Shown here: one piece after another, positions 39,713 to 52,400 of the stretch | Layout of the letters: every line of letters starts with the position of its first letter | Position numbering within the stretch: position 1 is the first letter of the stretch | Source: Octopus sinensis | Lineage: Eukaryota | Length of the DNA: 64,000 nt | Reading direction: 5' to 3' | NCBI RefSeq assembly: GCF_006345805.1 | Contig: NC_043012.1 | Location: forward strand, 19,282,001 to 19,346,000 | Position numbers and translations under genes: made by a program | Notes under the pieces: generated by a model | Seen by the model: only the letters and a program-made list of their open reading frames with translations | What the model was told of the DNA's origin: nothing | The model's database searches: none

Positions 39713-42240
39713 GAAATTCCTTGGTTTGGATTTGGAAACACTGAAAATAAGAACATACCCTTTCGAAGATCTGCTCGTAACTAACAGTATCAACAAATTC
39801 AAATAAGCAAGCGAAGAATCTCTGTTCTCCCCTTTCCACCAGCGTGGGTTAAAAACATCAAACACTATGCTTATTTCGGTAAAATCCGAAGCATTAATCA
39901 GAGGGAGATTAATTATAATTTCAACAATTGAGGGCAAAATTGATTAATTATTAATCAATTTCACCAAGTGTTCAGTATGCAAAGGGACCATTCAAGGCGA
40001 ATTCAAATTATTACATTATATAAAAGGGCTTAGTAAAATAAATTACTTTGCCGCATACTGAACTCATTAGAAATAGCAGCCAAAAAACTTTTTTAAAGCT
40101 ATTTCTAATACTTAAAGAAAATCTCTCTCATATATAGTGTTTGCTTAATTCAACTCACAAAAGTTTGGGGGTAAGGACATCGAAAAATCAAATGCTAAGG
40201 TTATTGAGAACGTACGTTTCAAGATTAGTCAAAAACAACACTTCTATCATCAGCTCAGAAATTCCTTGGTTTGGATTTGGAAACACTGAAAATAAGAACA
40301 TACCCTTTCGAAGATCTGCTCGTAACTAACAGTATCAACAAATTCAAAAATAAGCAGCGAAGAATCTCTGTTCTCCCCTTTCCACCAGCGTGGGTTAAAA
40401 ACATCAAACACTATGCTTATTTCGGTAAAATCCGAAGCATTAATCAGAGGGAGATTAATTATAATTTCAACAATTGAGGGCAAAATTAATTAATTATTAA
40501 TCAATTTCACCAAGTGTTCAGTATGCGAAGGGACCATTCAAGGCGAATTCAAATTATTACATTATATAAAAGGGCTTAGTAAAATAAATTACTTTGCCGC
40601 ATACTGAACTCATTAGAAATAGCAGCCAAAAAACTTTTTTAAAGCTATTTCTAATACTTAAAGAAAATCTCTCTCATATATAGTGTTTGCTTAATTCAAC
40701 TCACAAAAGTTTGGGGGTAAGGACATCGAAAAATCAAATGCTAAGGTTATTTGAGAACGTACGTTTCAAGATTAGTCAAAAACAACACTTCTATCATCAG
40801 CTCAGAAATTCCTTGGTTTGGATTTGGAAACACTGAAAATAAGAACATACCCTTTCGAAGATCTGCTCGTAACTAACAGTATCAACAAATTCAAATAAGC
40901 AAGCGAAGAATCTCTGTTCTCCCCTTTCCACCAGCGTGGGTTAAAAACATCAAACACTATGCTTATTTCGGTAAAATCCGAAGCATTAATCAGAGGGAGA
41001 TTAATTATAATTTCAACAATTGAGGGCAAAATTAATTAATTATTAATCAATTTCACCAAGTGTTCAGTATGCAAAGGGACCATTCAAGGCGAATTCAAAT
41101 TATTACATTATATAAAAGTGTTTCCAAATCCAAACCAAGGAATTTCTGAGCTGATGATAGAAGTGTTGTTTTTGACTAATCTTGAAACGTACGTTCTCAA
41201 ATAACCTTAGCATTTGATTTTTCGATGTCCTTACCCCCAAACTTTTGTGAGTTGAATTAAGCAAACACTATATATGAGAGAGATTTTCTTTAAGTATTAG
41301 AAATAGCTTTAAAAAAGTTTTTTGGCTGCTGCTATTCTAATGAGTTCAGTATGCGGCAAAGTAATTTATTTTACTAAGCCCTTTTATATAATGTAATAAT
41401 TTGAATTCGCCTGAATGGTCCCTTGCATACTGAACACTTGGTGAAATTGATTAATAATTAATTAATTTTGCCCTCAATTGTTGAAATTATAATTAATCTC
41501 CCTCTGATTAATGCTTCGGATTTTACCGAAATAAGCATAGTGTTTGATGTTTTTAACCCACGCTGGTGGAAGGGGGGAGAACAGAGATTCTTCGCTTGCT
41601 TATTTGAATTTGTTGATACTGTTAGTTACGAGCAGATCTTCGAAAGGGTATGTTCTTATTTTCAGTGTTTCCAAATCCAAACCAAGGAATTCTGAGCTGA
41701 TGATGATAGAAGTGTTGTTTTTGACTAATCTTGAAACGTACGTTCTCAAATAACCTTAGCATTTGATTTTTCGATGTCCTTACCCCAAAATTTTGTGAGT
41801 TGAATTAAGCAAACACTATATATGAGAGAGATTTTCTTTAAGTATTAGAAATAGCTTTAAAAAAGTTTTTTGGCTGCTATTTCTAATGAGTTCAGTATGC
41901 GGCAAAGTAATTTATTTTACTAAGCCCTTTTATATAATGTAATAATTTGAATTCGCCTGAATGGTCCCTTTGCATACTGAATACTTGGTGAAATTGATTA
42001 ATAATTAATAATTTTGCCCTCAATTGTTGAAATTATAATTAATCTCCCTCTGATTAATGCTTCGGATTTTACCGAAATAAGCATAGTGTTTGATGTTTTT
42101 AACCCACGCTGGTGGAAAGGGGGAGAGACAGAGATTCTTCGCTTGCTTATTTGAATTTGTTGATACTGTTAGTTACGAGCAGATCTTCGAAAGGGTATGT
42201 TCTTATTTTCAGTGTTTCCAAATCCAAACCAAGGAATTTC

Positions 42241-42293
42241 TGAGCTGATGATAGAAGTGTTGTTTTTGACTAATCTTGAAACGTACGTTCTCA
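42241..42293 (+). ncRNA. Type I hammerhead-like motif, array 1 (plus-strand copies also at 41147-41199, ~41693-41748 and 42787-42839)
   Basis: Stem I UGAG/CUCA extended by AAGG/CCUU beyond an internal loop; core CUGAUGA; stem II (U.U)AGA..AGU/ACU..UCU; GAAA; helix III C-GUAC-G with palindromic loop; GUU cleavage triplet. The U.U pair at the base of stem II is non-canonical. Confidence 0.6.
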
Positions 42294-43435
42294 AATAACC
42301 TTAGCATTTGATTTTTCGATGTCCTTACCCCCAAACTTTTGTGAGTTGAATTAGCAAACACTATATATGAGAGAGATTTTCTTTAAGTATTAGAAATAGC
42401 TTTAAAAAAGTTTTTTGGCTGCTATTTCTAATGAGTTCAGTATGCGGCAAAGTAATTTATTTTACTAAGCCCTTTTATATAATGTAATAATTTGAATTCG
42501 CCTTGAATGGTCCCTTTGCATACTGAACACTTGGTGAAATTGATTAATAATTAATTAATTTTGCCCTCAATTGTTGAAATTATAATTAATCTCCCTCTGA
42601 TTAATGCTTCGGATTTTACCGAAATAAGCATAGTGTTTGATGTTTTTAACCCACTGGCTGGTGGAAAGGGGAGAACAGAGATTCTTCGCTTGCTTATTTG
42701 AATTTGTTGATACTGTTAGTACGAGCAGATCTTCGAAAGGGTATGTTCTTATTTTCAGTGTTTCCAAATCCAAACCAAGGAATTTCTGAGCTGATGATAG
42801 AAGTGTTGTTTTTGACTAATCTTGAAACGTACGTTCTCAAATAACCTTAGCATTTGATTTTTCGATGTCCTACCCCAAACTTTTGTGAGTTGAATTAAGC
42901 AAACACTATATGAGAGAGATTTTCTTTAAGTATTAGAAATAGCTTTAAAAAAGTTTTTTGGCTGCTATTTCTAATGAGTTCAGTATGCGGCAAAGTAATT
43001 TATTTTACTAAGCCCTTTTATATAATGTAATAATTTGAATTCGCCTTGAATGGTCCCTTTGCATACTGAACACTTGGTGAAATTGATTAATAATTAATTA
43101 ATTTTGCCCTCAATTGTTGAAATTATATATATGTATATATATATATCAACAATCAAGGAACGGCCATGATAGGTCATTCACCCACTAGAAATAACAGCCA
43201 AACCTTCAACCGCAAATAAAGATTAATTCCGTAAACAGGAGAAAATTTAAAAAACACTTACCCTGTAATTTCTTGTACGATGCACCGTTTCATCTGCTGT
43301 TTAATGGTAAACTAACCTGATTAAATTAAATCAAGCCAATCTTCCATAGGCCCTCAGATTCTTCAGCAAGAAAAAAAATATATATATATATATATTATAT
43401 ATATATATATATACATATGTATATATATATAAATA

Positions 43436-43485
<50 letters not shown>

Positions 43486-43677
43486 ATATATATACAGGAA
43501 GCGTGGGCAGTATATTTAAAAAAACCGTTACGGTTGCAATATACATCATATATTAAGGGCTAAAGAGGGTTATTCTAAAGCCAAATACACTGTTTTATCC
43601 ACTTATAATCCGCTTGTTACAGGAAAATTGAAACTGAAAACGGGCAACTAACCTTTAGAAAATTTAAATTTCGTTAT

Positions 43678-43738
43678 CTCTATATTGAATCAATTTCGGA
43701 CTTAATCTTATAAAAGATATATTCCTTCTTCAGTAGAA
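43678..43738 (-). ncRNA. Type I hammerhead ribozyme, array 2 (second minus-strand copy at 44169-44229)
   Basis: Reverse complement of the fold described at 44795-44854. Confidence 0.7.
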
Positions 43739-44794
43739 CTTTCGATGGGATATAAATAAAATGCTCACGTATGATCATGGAAAAAGCACAAGCTAAAAAC
43801 ATAACTACACTCGAGTACATCACTTATATCTAAAAATAAAAATTCTTTGGTCAGCCTCAGAAAACAACGTCCAGACCTTTCGCCGCTACAAATTGTAATG
43901 GTTACCAGTCCTCCTGTAGCAAGCATCGAGTTTACTACTAAGCAATATAGGATGAGTCCCTTACTCTACAGCAAAGGAATTCATCAGGAAGCGTGGGCAG
44001 TATATTTAAAAAAACCGTTACGGTTGCAATATACATCATATAATTAAGGGCTAAAGAGGGTTATTCTAAAGCCAAATACACTGTTTTATCCACTTATAAT
44101 CCGCTTGTTACAGGAAAATTGAAACTGAAAACGGGCAACTAACCTTTAGAAAATTTAAATTTCGTTATCTCTATATTGAATCAATTTCGGACTTAATCTT
44201 ATAAAAGATATATTCCTTCTTCAGTAGAACTTTCGATGGGATATAAATAAAATGCTCACGTATGATCATGGAAAAAGCACAAGCTAAAAACATAACTACA
44301 CTTGAGTACATCACTTATATCTAAAAATAAAAATTCTTTGGTCAGCCTCAGAAAACAACGTCCAGACCTTTCGCCGCTACAAATTGTAATGGTTACCAGT
44401 CCTCCTGTAGCAAGCATCGAGTTTACTACTAAGCAATATAGGATGAAGTCCCTTACACTACAGCAAAGGAATTCATCAGGAAGCGTGGGCAGTATATTTA
44501 TATGATGTATATTGCAACCGTAACGGTTTTTTTACATATACTGCCCACGCTTCCTGATGAATTCCTTTGCTGTAGAGTAAGGGACTTCATCCTATATGTT
44601 AGTAGTAAACTCGATGCTTGCTACAGGAGGACTGGTAACCATTACAATTTGTAGCGGCGAAGGTCTGGACGTTGTTTTCTGAGGCTGACAAAGAATTTAT
44701 TTTTAGATATAAGTGATGTACTCAGTGTAGTATGTTTTAGCTTGTGCTTTTTCCATGATCATACGTGAGCATTTTATTTATATCCCATCGAAAG

Positions 44795-44854
44795 TTCTAC
44801 TGAAGAAGGAATATATCTTTTATAAGATAAGTCCGAAATTGATTCAATATAGAG
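44795..44854 (+). ncRNA. Type I hammerhead ribozyme, array 2 (plus-strand copies also at ~45276-45335 and 45759-45818)
   Basis: Stem I UUCUA/UAGAG extended by UCG/CGA beyond a 4x4 loop; CUGAAGA plus an extra A; stem II GGA/UCC then AUCUU/AAGAU with UUAU loop; GAAA; stem III UUG-AUU-CAA; AUA cleavage after 44849. Confidence 0.72.
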
Positions 44855-45996
44855 ATAACGAAATTTAAATTTTCTAAAGGTTAGTTGCCCGTTTTCAGTT
44901 TCAATTTTCCTGTAACAAGCGGATTATAAGTGGATAAAACAGTGTATTTGGCTTTAGAATAACCCTCTTTAGCCCTTAATATATGATGTATATGCACCGT
45001 AACGGTTTTTTAAATATACTGCCCACGCTTCCTGATGAATTCCTTTGCTGTAGAGTAAGGGACTTCATCCTATATGCTTAGTAGTAAACTCGATGCTTGC
45101 TACAGGAGGACTGGTAACCATACAATTGTAGCGGCGAAAGGTCTGGACGTTGTTTTCTGAGGCTGACCAAAGAATTTTTATTTTAGATATAAGTGATGTA
45201 CTCAAGTGTAGTTATGTTTTTAGCTTGTGCTTTTTCCTGATCATACGTGAGCATTTTATTATATCCCATCGAAAGTTCTACTGAAGAAGGAATATATCTT
45301 TTATAAGATTAAGTCCGAAATGATTCAATATAGAGATAACGAAATTTAAATTTTCTAAAGGTTAGTTGCCCGTTTTCAGTTTCAATTTTCCTGTAACAAG
45401 CGGATTATAAGTGGATAAAACAGTGTATTGGCTTTAGAATAACCCTCTTTAGCCCTTAATTATATGATGTATATTGCAACCGTAACGGTTTTTTTATATA
45501 CTGCCCACGCTTCCTGATGAATTCCTTGCTGTAGAGTAAGGGACTTCATCCTATATTGCTTAGTAGTAAACTCGATGCTTGCTACAGGAGACTGGTAACC
45601 ATTCAATTGTAGCGGCGAAAGGTCTGGACGTTGTTTTCTGAGGCTGACCAAAGAATTTTTATTTTAGATATAAGTGATGTACTCAAGTGTAGTTATGTTT
45701 TTAGCTTGTGCTTTTTCCATGATCATACGTGAGCATTTTATTTATATCCCATCGAAAGTTCTACTGAAGAAGGAATATATCTTTTATAAGATTAGTCCGA
45801 AATTGATTCAATATAGAGATAACGAAATTAAATTTTCTAAAGGTTAGTTGCCCGTTTTCAGTTTCAATTTTCCTGTAACAAGCGGATTATAAGTGGATAA
45901 AACAGTGTATTTGGCTTTAGAATAACCCTCTTTAGCCCTTAATTATATGATATATATATATACATATACATATACATATATATATATATATAAATA

Positions 45997-46067
<71 letters not shown>

Positions 46068-46383
46068 TGTGGTGTAGTAGTAGCACTGAACCCGGAATCA
46101 TGTAATTAAGAAGAAACAAACCACTCTTGTATGCTGTACCTGCAAGGGTATGCTGCCCTGATTCCTTCCAAGCATCCAATATGCATACTTTTCTGCGTAA
46201 AGGAAACTTAAAGACAGAATGAGAAACTCTCACATTACTGTTGATATTAATCTCGGTCTTACGAAAGCATCTTAACATTTCAGCGAAATTAACACGGTTG
46301 AGCCCAAAATCTTTATCGCTGTTTATCCCAAGATACACACAGACAGACACACACACATATAAATATATATATATATGCATACA

Positions 46384-46419
<36 letters not shown>

Positions 46420-46960
46420 TATGTGCATATTTAGCAGGAGGTTTTTCGACCTCGTGGTCTCATGGATCGATGAGGGCCAATGTCATGTCTTGCGTTTTAT
46501 TTAAAGCTACAGCTTTTAAATCTGACAGAGTTACCTCTCTTCAAAATGTCTTATTCAATAGCGCTAAAGACCAAGAAACGCGTCTGGTAATCCGCTATAG
46601 GGAGGCACTGTGCACATATGGGCAATTTTACAACTTCTACGATACTTGCAGTGAACTTGCCTTTAGTAATTGAAATCACCTTACGAAAATCACATCATTA
46701 AATGTAAAACTGCCCTTACAGAGCCGACAAATGTTTGTATTTTTTTAACATATTTAGATATAGAATATATTGGTGAAATTCCGAAAATACATGTTATCCA
46801 ACGCTTTCAACGCGATCCAAGATTAGTTACATTTAAAGCCTACACTCTACTTCCATTTATTGTTATTATCAAATTGTTGAACATAGTTAAAAAGATTCGT
46901 TTAAAACTGAGTGCTTTATTAATATATCAATGGAATTTTTAGTCCCTCTTTACACTTATA

Positions 46961-47003
<43 letters not shown>

Positions 47004-48894
47004 ATATATATATACATATATACAGATAGATAGATATATAGATAGATACATGCATACATAACACATATATATGTATAAGTATATATATATAAATATATAT
47101 ACACACATATACGTATATTTATTTATATATACATATATACATTCAAATATATATATACATATACATATACGTGTGTATATATATATGTAGGCACACGTAC
47201 GAACATATATATATATTTATATATATGCACATACACACAGATATGAATTGATATGTATGTCAATATTCATATATGCATGTGTATGCTGTTTATAAAATAT
47301 TGCACGTATTTAATCTTTGTCTCGATCCACATTTGCATATTTGTTTCGATATATATTTTCGCTCAGACGAAAGTATCAGATATCTTTCATGAAGGAATCA
47401 ATTTTGCTTGTAATAATTTTTAATATTTTATTTAAGGATTTTGGGTGTCATGTTTTAATGATAGGTGTATTTAAATTGTATATGTACCTAACCTTTTCCA
47501 GAGTAAATATTTAAATTTCGCTCAGGACGACTAAAATAAATACAATATCTGTCCTGTGACTCATAAACCGATTGCTGTTTCTCATTTGTTATCAGAATTA
47601 GCTTCTCACCAACTATTGATCGCTATAGTAATTAGCAGTTTAAAATATTATCTTTGGTCGGTCAAATCCAATAAACCTGGCAAATATAGTTCCGTAGCCT
47701 AGTCGCTGTCCATTGATTGAACTCTGCAACAAAATAACAGCAAAAATGTTTTATAATCGTTAGACGATCTCGACATTTATGCTGATGACAAACAACCAAG
47801 GCAAGGAATTACTTTAGCATCTGCTAATGGATGTGATTTCATGGAATATAAATGGCTGTTTTCGATCAGTGATGTGCACATATTAGGGGAGAAACTTAGA
47901 CTTTTGAATGAACACGTTATAATTATTTTTTCTGATTATACACAAAATTGTAACATTGTTGGAAATTGTTCATGGAATCGGTAAATTTAGTAACCAATAT
48001 ATAGCATTTAAAAAATATTAGTTATATTGGAAATAATGTCGTTTATTTTTTCTAATGATACACATTGAAAATTAAATTAAAGTTACATTATAATCACACC
48101 ATTAACACAGTCTCGTAAATAAAGCCACAAATAAGTGAGTTATAGAAAATTGTGACTTTATTCAGTCAATAATGTTTACATAATTTTAGTTGGGACGTTT
48201 TAGCAGTTAAATTTGTATTATTACACCAGTGTCACTGGAATTTTTATTCGTTTCTGAAGAAAATATTTAGCAACCAAAATGCTTTCTTAATGAGGGTGAC
48301 ACTTTCGGCTGGATGTTATTTCCTTTAAATGGTGTCATTTCTCTCTTTACATATCTCCGGTCCTAACAGACGTCTCAACATTATTTCAGTTGTAAGGTAA
48401 TGGAGTCAATCATTTAGAAGCGAAATTCCTGAAAATAAGCAATTGAGAGAATTTCCATAGTGGTTTGGACGCGTTATAAAAACATTTTGCCATTCTAAAT
48501 ACTCGTGAACCATTTTACAAACGGATGGCTTACAAAATGTATAATGATAAATATGTGAGGTTCTTTGAGTCAGTGAAAATACATCGGACATTTTCAGGTT
48601 ATACTATTTACTAATGTTATGTAGAAGTTCCGGGATTATTTTGCCACACAATTTTGAATTTGCTACTTATATTTTTCAGTTAGCCGAATGCCTAAGATTA
48701 CCCTGGAAATACAAGGATGCAAATTGTGGCACATAAACAAAGTAGCAAACTGCATGTAAAAGTAATGCTGAACCCAGTACCACGGTAAATGACTCTTGCT
48801 CAAGATGTTCACATTGAGAAAGGTAATTTGAAATAGTCTGTAAGTTTGTGAAAGTTCTCTGGTAATAGTAGTGGTAGTAGCAGCAGTAGTTGTT

Positions 48895-49250
48895 GTAGTA
48901 AAGGTAGGAGTAGAGTTTTGTTGTTGCTGTTGCTGTGGTAATTTGAAATAGTCTACGTTTGTTCTCTTAATCTGGTAGATATAGCATCTTGAATACAGTC
49001 AAATGACACCATATTCTTTAAAGATAGACTCATTAGGATTTGGGATCCTAGATACCGTGAATCAATATTAAAAAAAAACTATATTTTTACGTCTGATAGA
49101 CATTTCAGCATGTGGATGATTGTATCAAATATATATAGAGGTCAGCACTAGCAACGTAAAAAAGCAGTACGATGTCATTATAATGCCTGTAATGTTTATG
49201 TTAGAAGAACACTCAGCATGAATCACGGCTTCCGTAGTTAAGCTTCTTAT
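48895..49250 (+). repeat. ~350-bp direct repeat, left copy
   Basis: Roughly 90% identical by eye to 53775-54140 (gtagatatagcatcttgaatacag...gggatcctagataccgtgaatc...gtagttaagcttctt). Confidence 0.9.
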
Positions 49251-49439
49251 TGTCACTATAATAATAATAGTAATAATAATAATAATGATAATAATAAAAA
49301 CAACAACCACAACAACAACTACAACAACAACAGTAACAACAGCAACAACAACAACAAAAATAATAATAATAATAATAAAAATAATAATAATCCTGAAGGA
49401 CAAAGTGGAGTTACATAAAGTGTCGTGTAAAAAGTCAAT

Positions 49440-52400
49440 AACAATGAAAGATATAACAAAGAAAATGCCTAAAAGAGACCTCACGAAAAATCCACAAGCG
49501 CCACGACCACTAGGGCAACAGCCCTCTCCCCATCTTTCCCTCTCACTCAGCCTTGGAAATTCAAATGCGTTACTCACAGATGGTTGACTCGGACCATCTT
49601 CTCCACATCCACCCACCTTTTAACAAAATTGCTGAAAGTCAGCACTTCTGTCTCAACCCTCACTTCCTTCTTCAGATAGTATGTGAAAAATGTATTTGTC
49701 CTGCACCTTTTCATTCTGGACCACCACATATACTCTTTCCCTACAGCCACGAAACAAATGAAAATTGCCTTCCCTTGCCGGCCAAAGGAAGGCGGCTGCG
49801 CAATCTTCATAATCGAATCAGCCAACAAGCGGATACGTCCTACTCGTAAATGCGGGTGTACGACATAAACCAATATATCAGATATGCTCGGGCATATCTG
49901 GATGACTGCGAGCAGAACGGTCTCGTCGCTCTGCGCACATCTCGGGCCGACAGAACTCTCCCACATCCCAGTGCACGTGTAATGCCTCTCAACGACTCCA
50001 GTTTCCGAAGTAATGGCTCGGGGATCAGAGCATATAGAAGAGAGGAGTGTGGGCACCCTTGACGGACCGAACGCACGATGTTTAATGGGTGCGATAGTTG
50101 AAAATTCACCCAGACTCCTGAGCAAGTGTCACTTTCCATGGCAATATTCCAACCGCGAAAAAACGGACCCCAAACGGCCGCCGTGATAACAGCCGCCAGA
50201 TATTGATGGTCAACACTATCAAAGATTTTTGACTGATCTAAATGAATCAGAGGACCAAGCATGCAACGTTTTTTAACTACCCTATGCACTATGTAGCGCA
50301 TGAGGTGGAGGTTGACGTGGAGGGGCCTGTTTGGGATGGTGCATGTTTGTGCATCTCCAACCAGTTTCTAGACCCCTAGCGCCAACCTCTTCGCTAACAC
50401 TTTGACCAACATTTTCATGTCATCATTAAGCATATTGATAGTCATAGTATTATTTAATACTCCCCCCTTGTTTGGATCCTTTCGCAGCAGTAGCACTGCT
50501 CCTAGGCTCGCAGATTTGGGAATTCAGTCATTCTGTTGCCAGTTGCAGTAAATATCTGACAAGAAGCCTGCAAATTACTTTGGCATAATAGAATAAAGCC
50601 TTTGCAGCCCATTATCTCGCCCCGTATTTCCTGAATTGTTATCGGCCTTTTGTAACACTCCACATATCTTGCTGAGAGTCGTGGAAGGCCATCGAGGTGG
50701 GCAGTAAAATGCATCCTCCGATGTGGCCCAGGGAATAATTCGGCAAAATGCTGCTAAAAAGCCGCACACATCTGCTCCAGGTCGCTCACCCTGCGCTTAT
50801 TTTAGTCCACCAAAGACCGAATGGTGTTTTTGTAGCCATTCTGTGCCTCAGCCGCTCGGGCCTCTCGGGCAGCATTTGTTCCCTCATATCTCAGAGAACG
50901 TGCCTTAGCTCTGTCATGCAAATTTCGTTCTTAGTGTGAAGTGTTCATCGAGGGCTGACCTCGCTGTCAGCACGTCAGTTGCTTTCCTAAGTGCCTCTTC
51001 TAATTTACTCAGTAAATCTCCCTCTAATATGTATCTTTCTACAGTTATAACTTTGCTAAATCTACAAATTCTACTTTGATGACCCTTTTTAGATAATATC
51101 ATCATTTATCGTTGACAATTACCCTCGTCAAAGCTTTCTGAACTAACTCTTTATTCTGGTCTCTGTAATCTTGTCACGCCAGGTGTGACATGTTTAGCTG
51201 CCAGTTGTCGGGGTCCTGTCTTCGTCTGCTATCTAAGTCGACCTCACATGTCACCAATTTTTTGTTTATGTCGCCGACGATTTGAAATTGTGGACTAGTA
51301 ATACTAACCCAATCTAAAGACCTGCAAAATATTCTATCTAGATACGTCCTGGATGTTCCGATGCGGTTTGCCCATGTCCACATTGGCACATTCGGGAAAT
51401 CCAGTTGGTATCTGTCAGAGAGTTGAACGTGTCTGAGCAGGTTTGCGAGGCTTTTGCAACCACCATTCCTATCGGTTAGCCCCGATATAATCCAATTGTG
51501 CATCTAAAATAGAATTGAAGTCTCCCACTCCCATACAGCTGAAGTATTCCGGCTGTCCTGCACCTGTCGATGCGTAAACAGACATCGGTCTGAAGGCCCC
51601 ACCTTCATACTATTCGTATCCATGACTTTCTATGTCTTATCTTCGAGGTCCAAGAGGGCTGACCTTATTTTGAGAACCAGTCCTTTCCAAAACAATACTG
51701 CAGTACCTCCACCACCGATTTGCCCCCGACATGGAAATTTGTAGATCTCGTAGTCATCTAAAATGGGGAAGAAAGCTCGCGGTTCGGTTAGTGTGCATTC
51801 AGTAATGGCTATTACATCTATTCCTCGTCACCTGAGGTTGTTGAGTAGGTGACCTTGTTTCAAAGGGGACGCCAGTCCACGTATATTAATGCAACCAATT
51901 TTGAGCTGGTAAGGAGAAATACCAGAGGACTACTTACTCTAGGATGGAAGCAGGGCAGATGTCCCGTTCCTTAAGTGGAGTGTGGTCGTCTCCATTACGA
52001 AGGATTTATAGAGGCTCCAGTACACTTTGTGTTGAGGCCTCCAACCGCCTATGGAAATTTGGATTTTGTGTTGTTGTATGATGTGATGTTCAAAGTATCT
52101 GTACCCGTGGAGATAGCAAAGTCTGTCATATTCATGTCTGTATTTTTCGTCATGTATAATAGTAAGTTTGTGATGTCTGTGTTTATAGCAGTGAGTTTTG
52201 TGGTGTTTTTGTTGTTTTAGTCTACTTTTTGCGTTGACTCTGTTCTACCTTGTACTGTTGGTTGTTTCTGTGGTGTTGGTGAAGGTATTGGAAGCGTGGG
52301 TTTTGGTGTGTTCTTGTTCTTTTTTTCGGGTGATTTTCATTGCTTTTTTAGAGTTACAGCTTATTTATTTGTTGCTGCACTGTTGTGTCCTTTTCTTAGT

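Larger units (their letters stand above)
39471..43127. repeat. Tandem array 1: 546-bp unit, 3 copies forward (39471-41118) then ~3.7 copies inverted (41117-43127)
   Basis: The marker tatataaaag recurs at 39471, 40017, 40563 and 41109; the reverse-complement block follows. Copies differ almost only by 1-3 nt indels; (TA)n on both sides. Confidence 0.95.
43495..45951. repeat. Tandem array 2: ~491-bp unit, 2 copies plus 24 nt forward (43495-44500) then 3 copies inverted (44501-45951)
   Basis: caggaagcgtgggc recurs at 43495, 43985 and 44477; inverted copies follow; (TA)n on both sides; no evident similarity to array 1. Confidence 0.95.

Noticed and set aside
44554-44592. Second CTGATGA in the array-2 unit
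   Set aside because: It is followed by a hairpin but by CTTC where GAAA is required, and the GATGAA is itself paired with TTCATC. It is a plain hairpin, not a hammerhead.
39710-45651. 60-77 aa ORFs repeated in arrays 1 and 2
   Set aside because: Short, on both strands, disrupted differently between copies, with no GIY-YIG, RT or other motif.
39471-45951. Arrays as CRISPR or rDNA/snRNA clusters
   Set aside because: Whole units are repeated with no unique spacers, and no rRNA, tRNA or snRNA sequence is recognisable.
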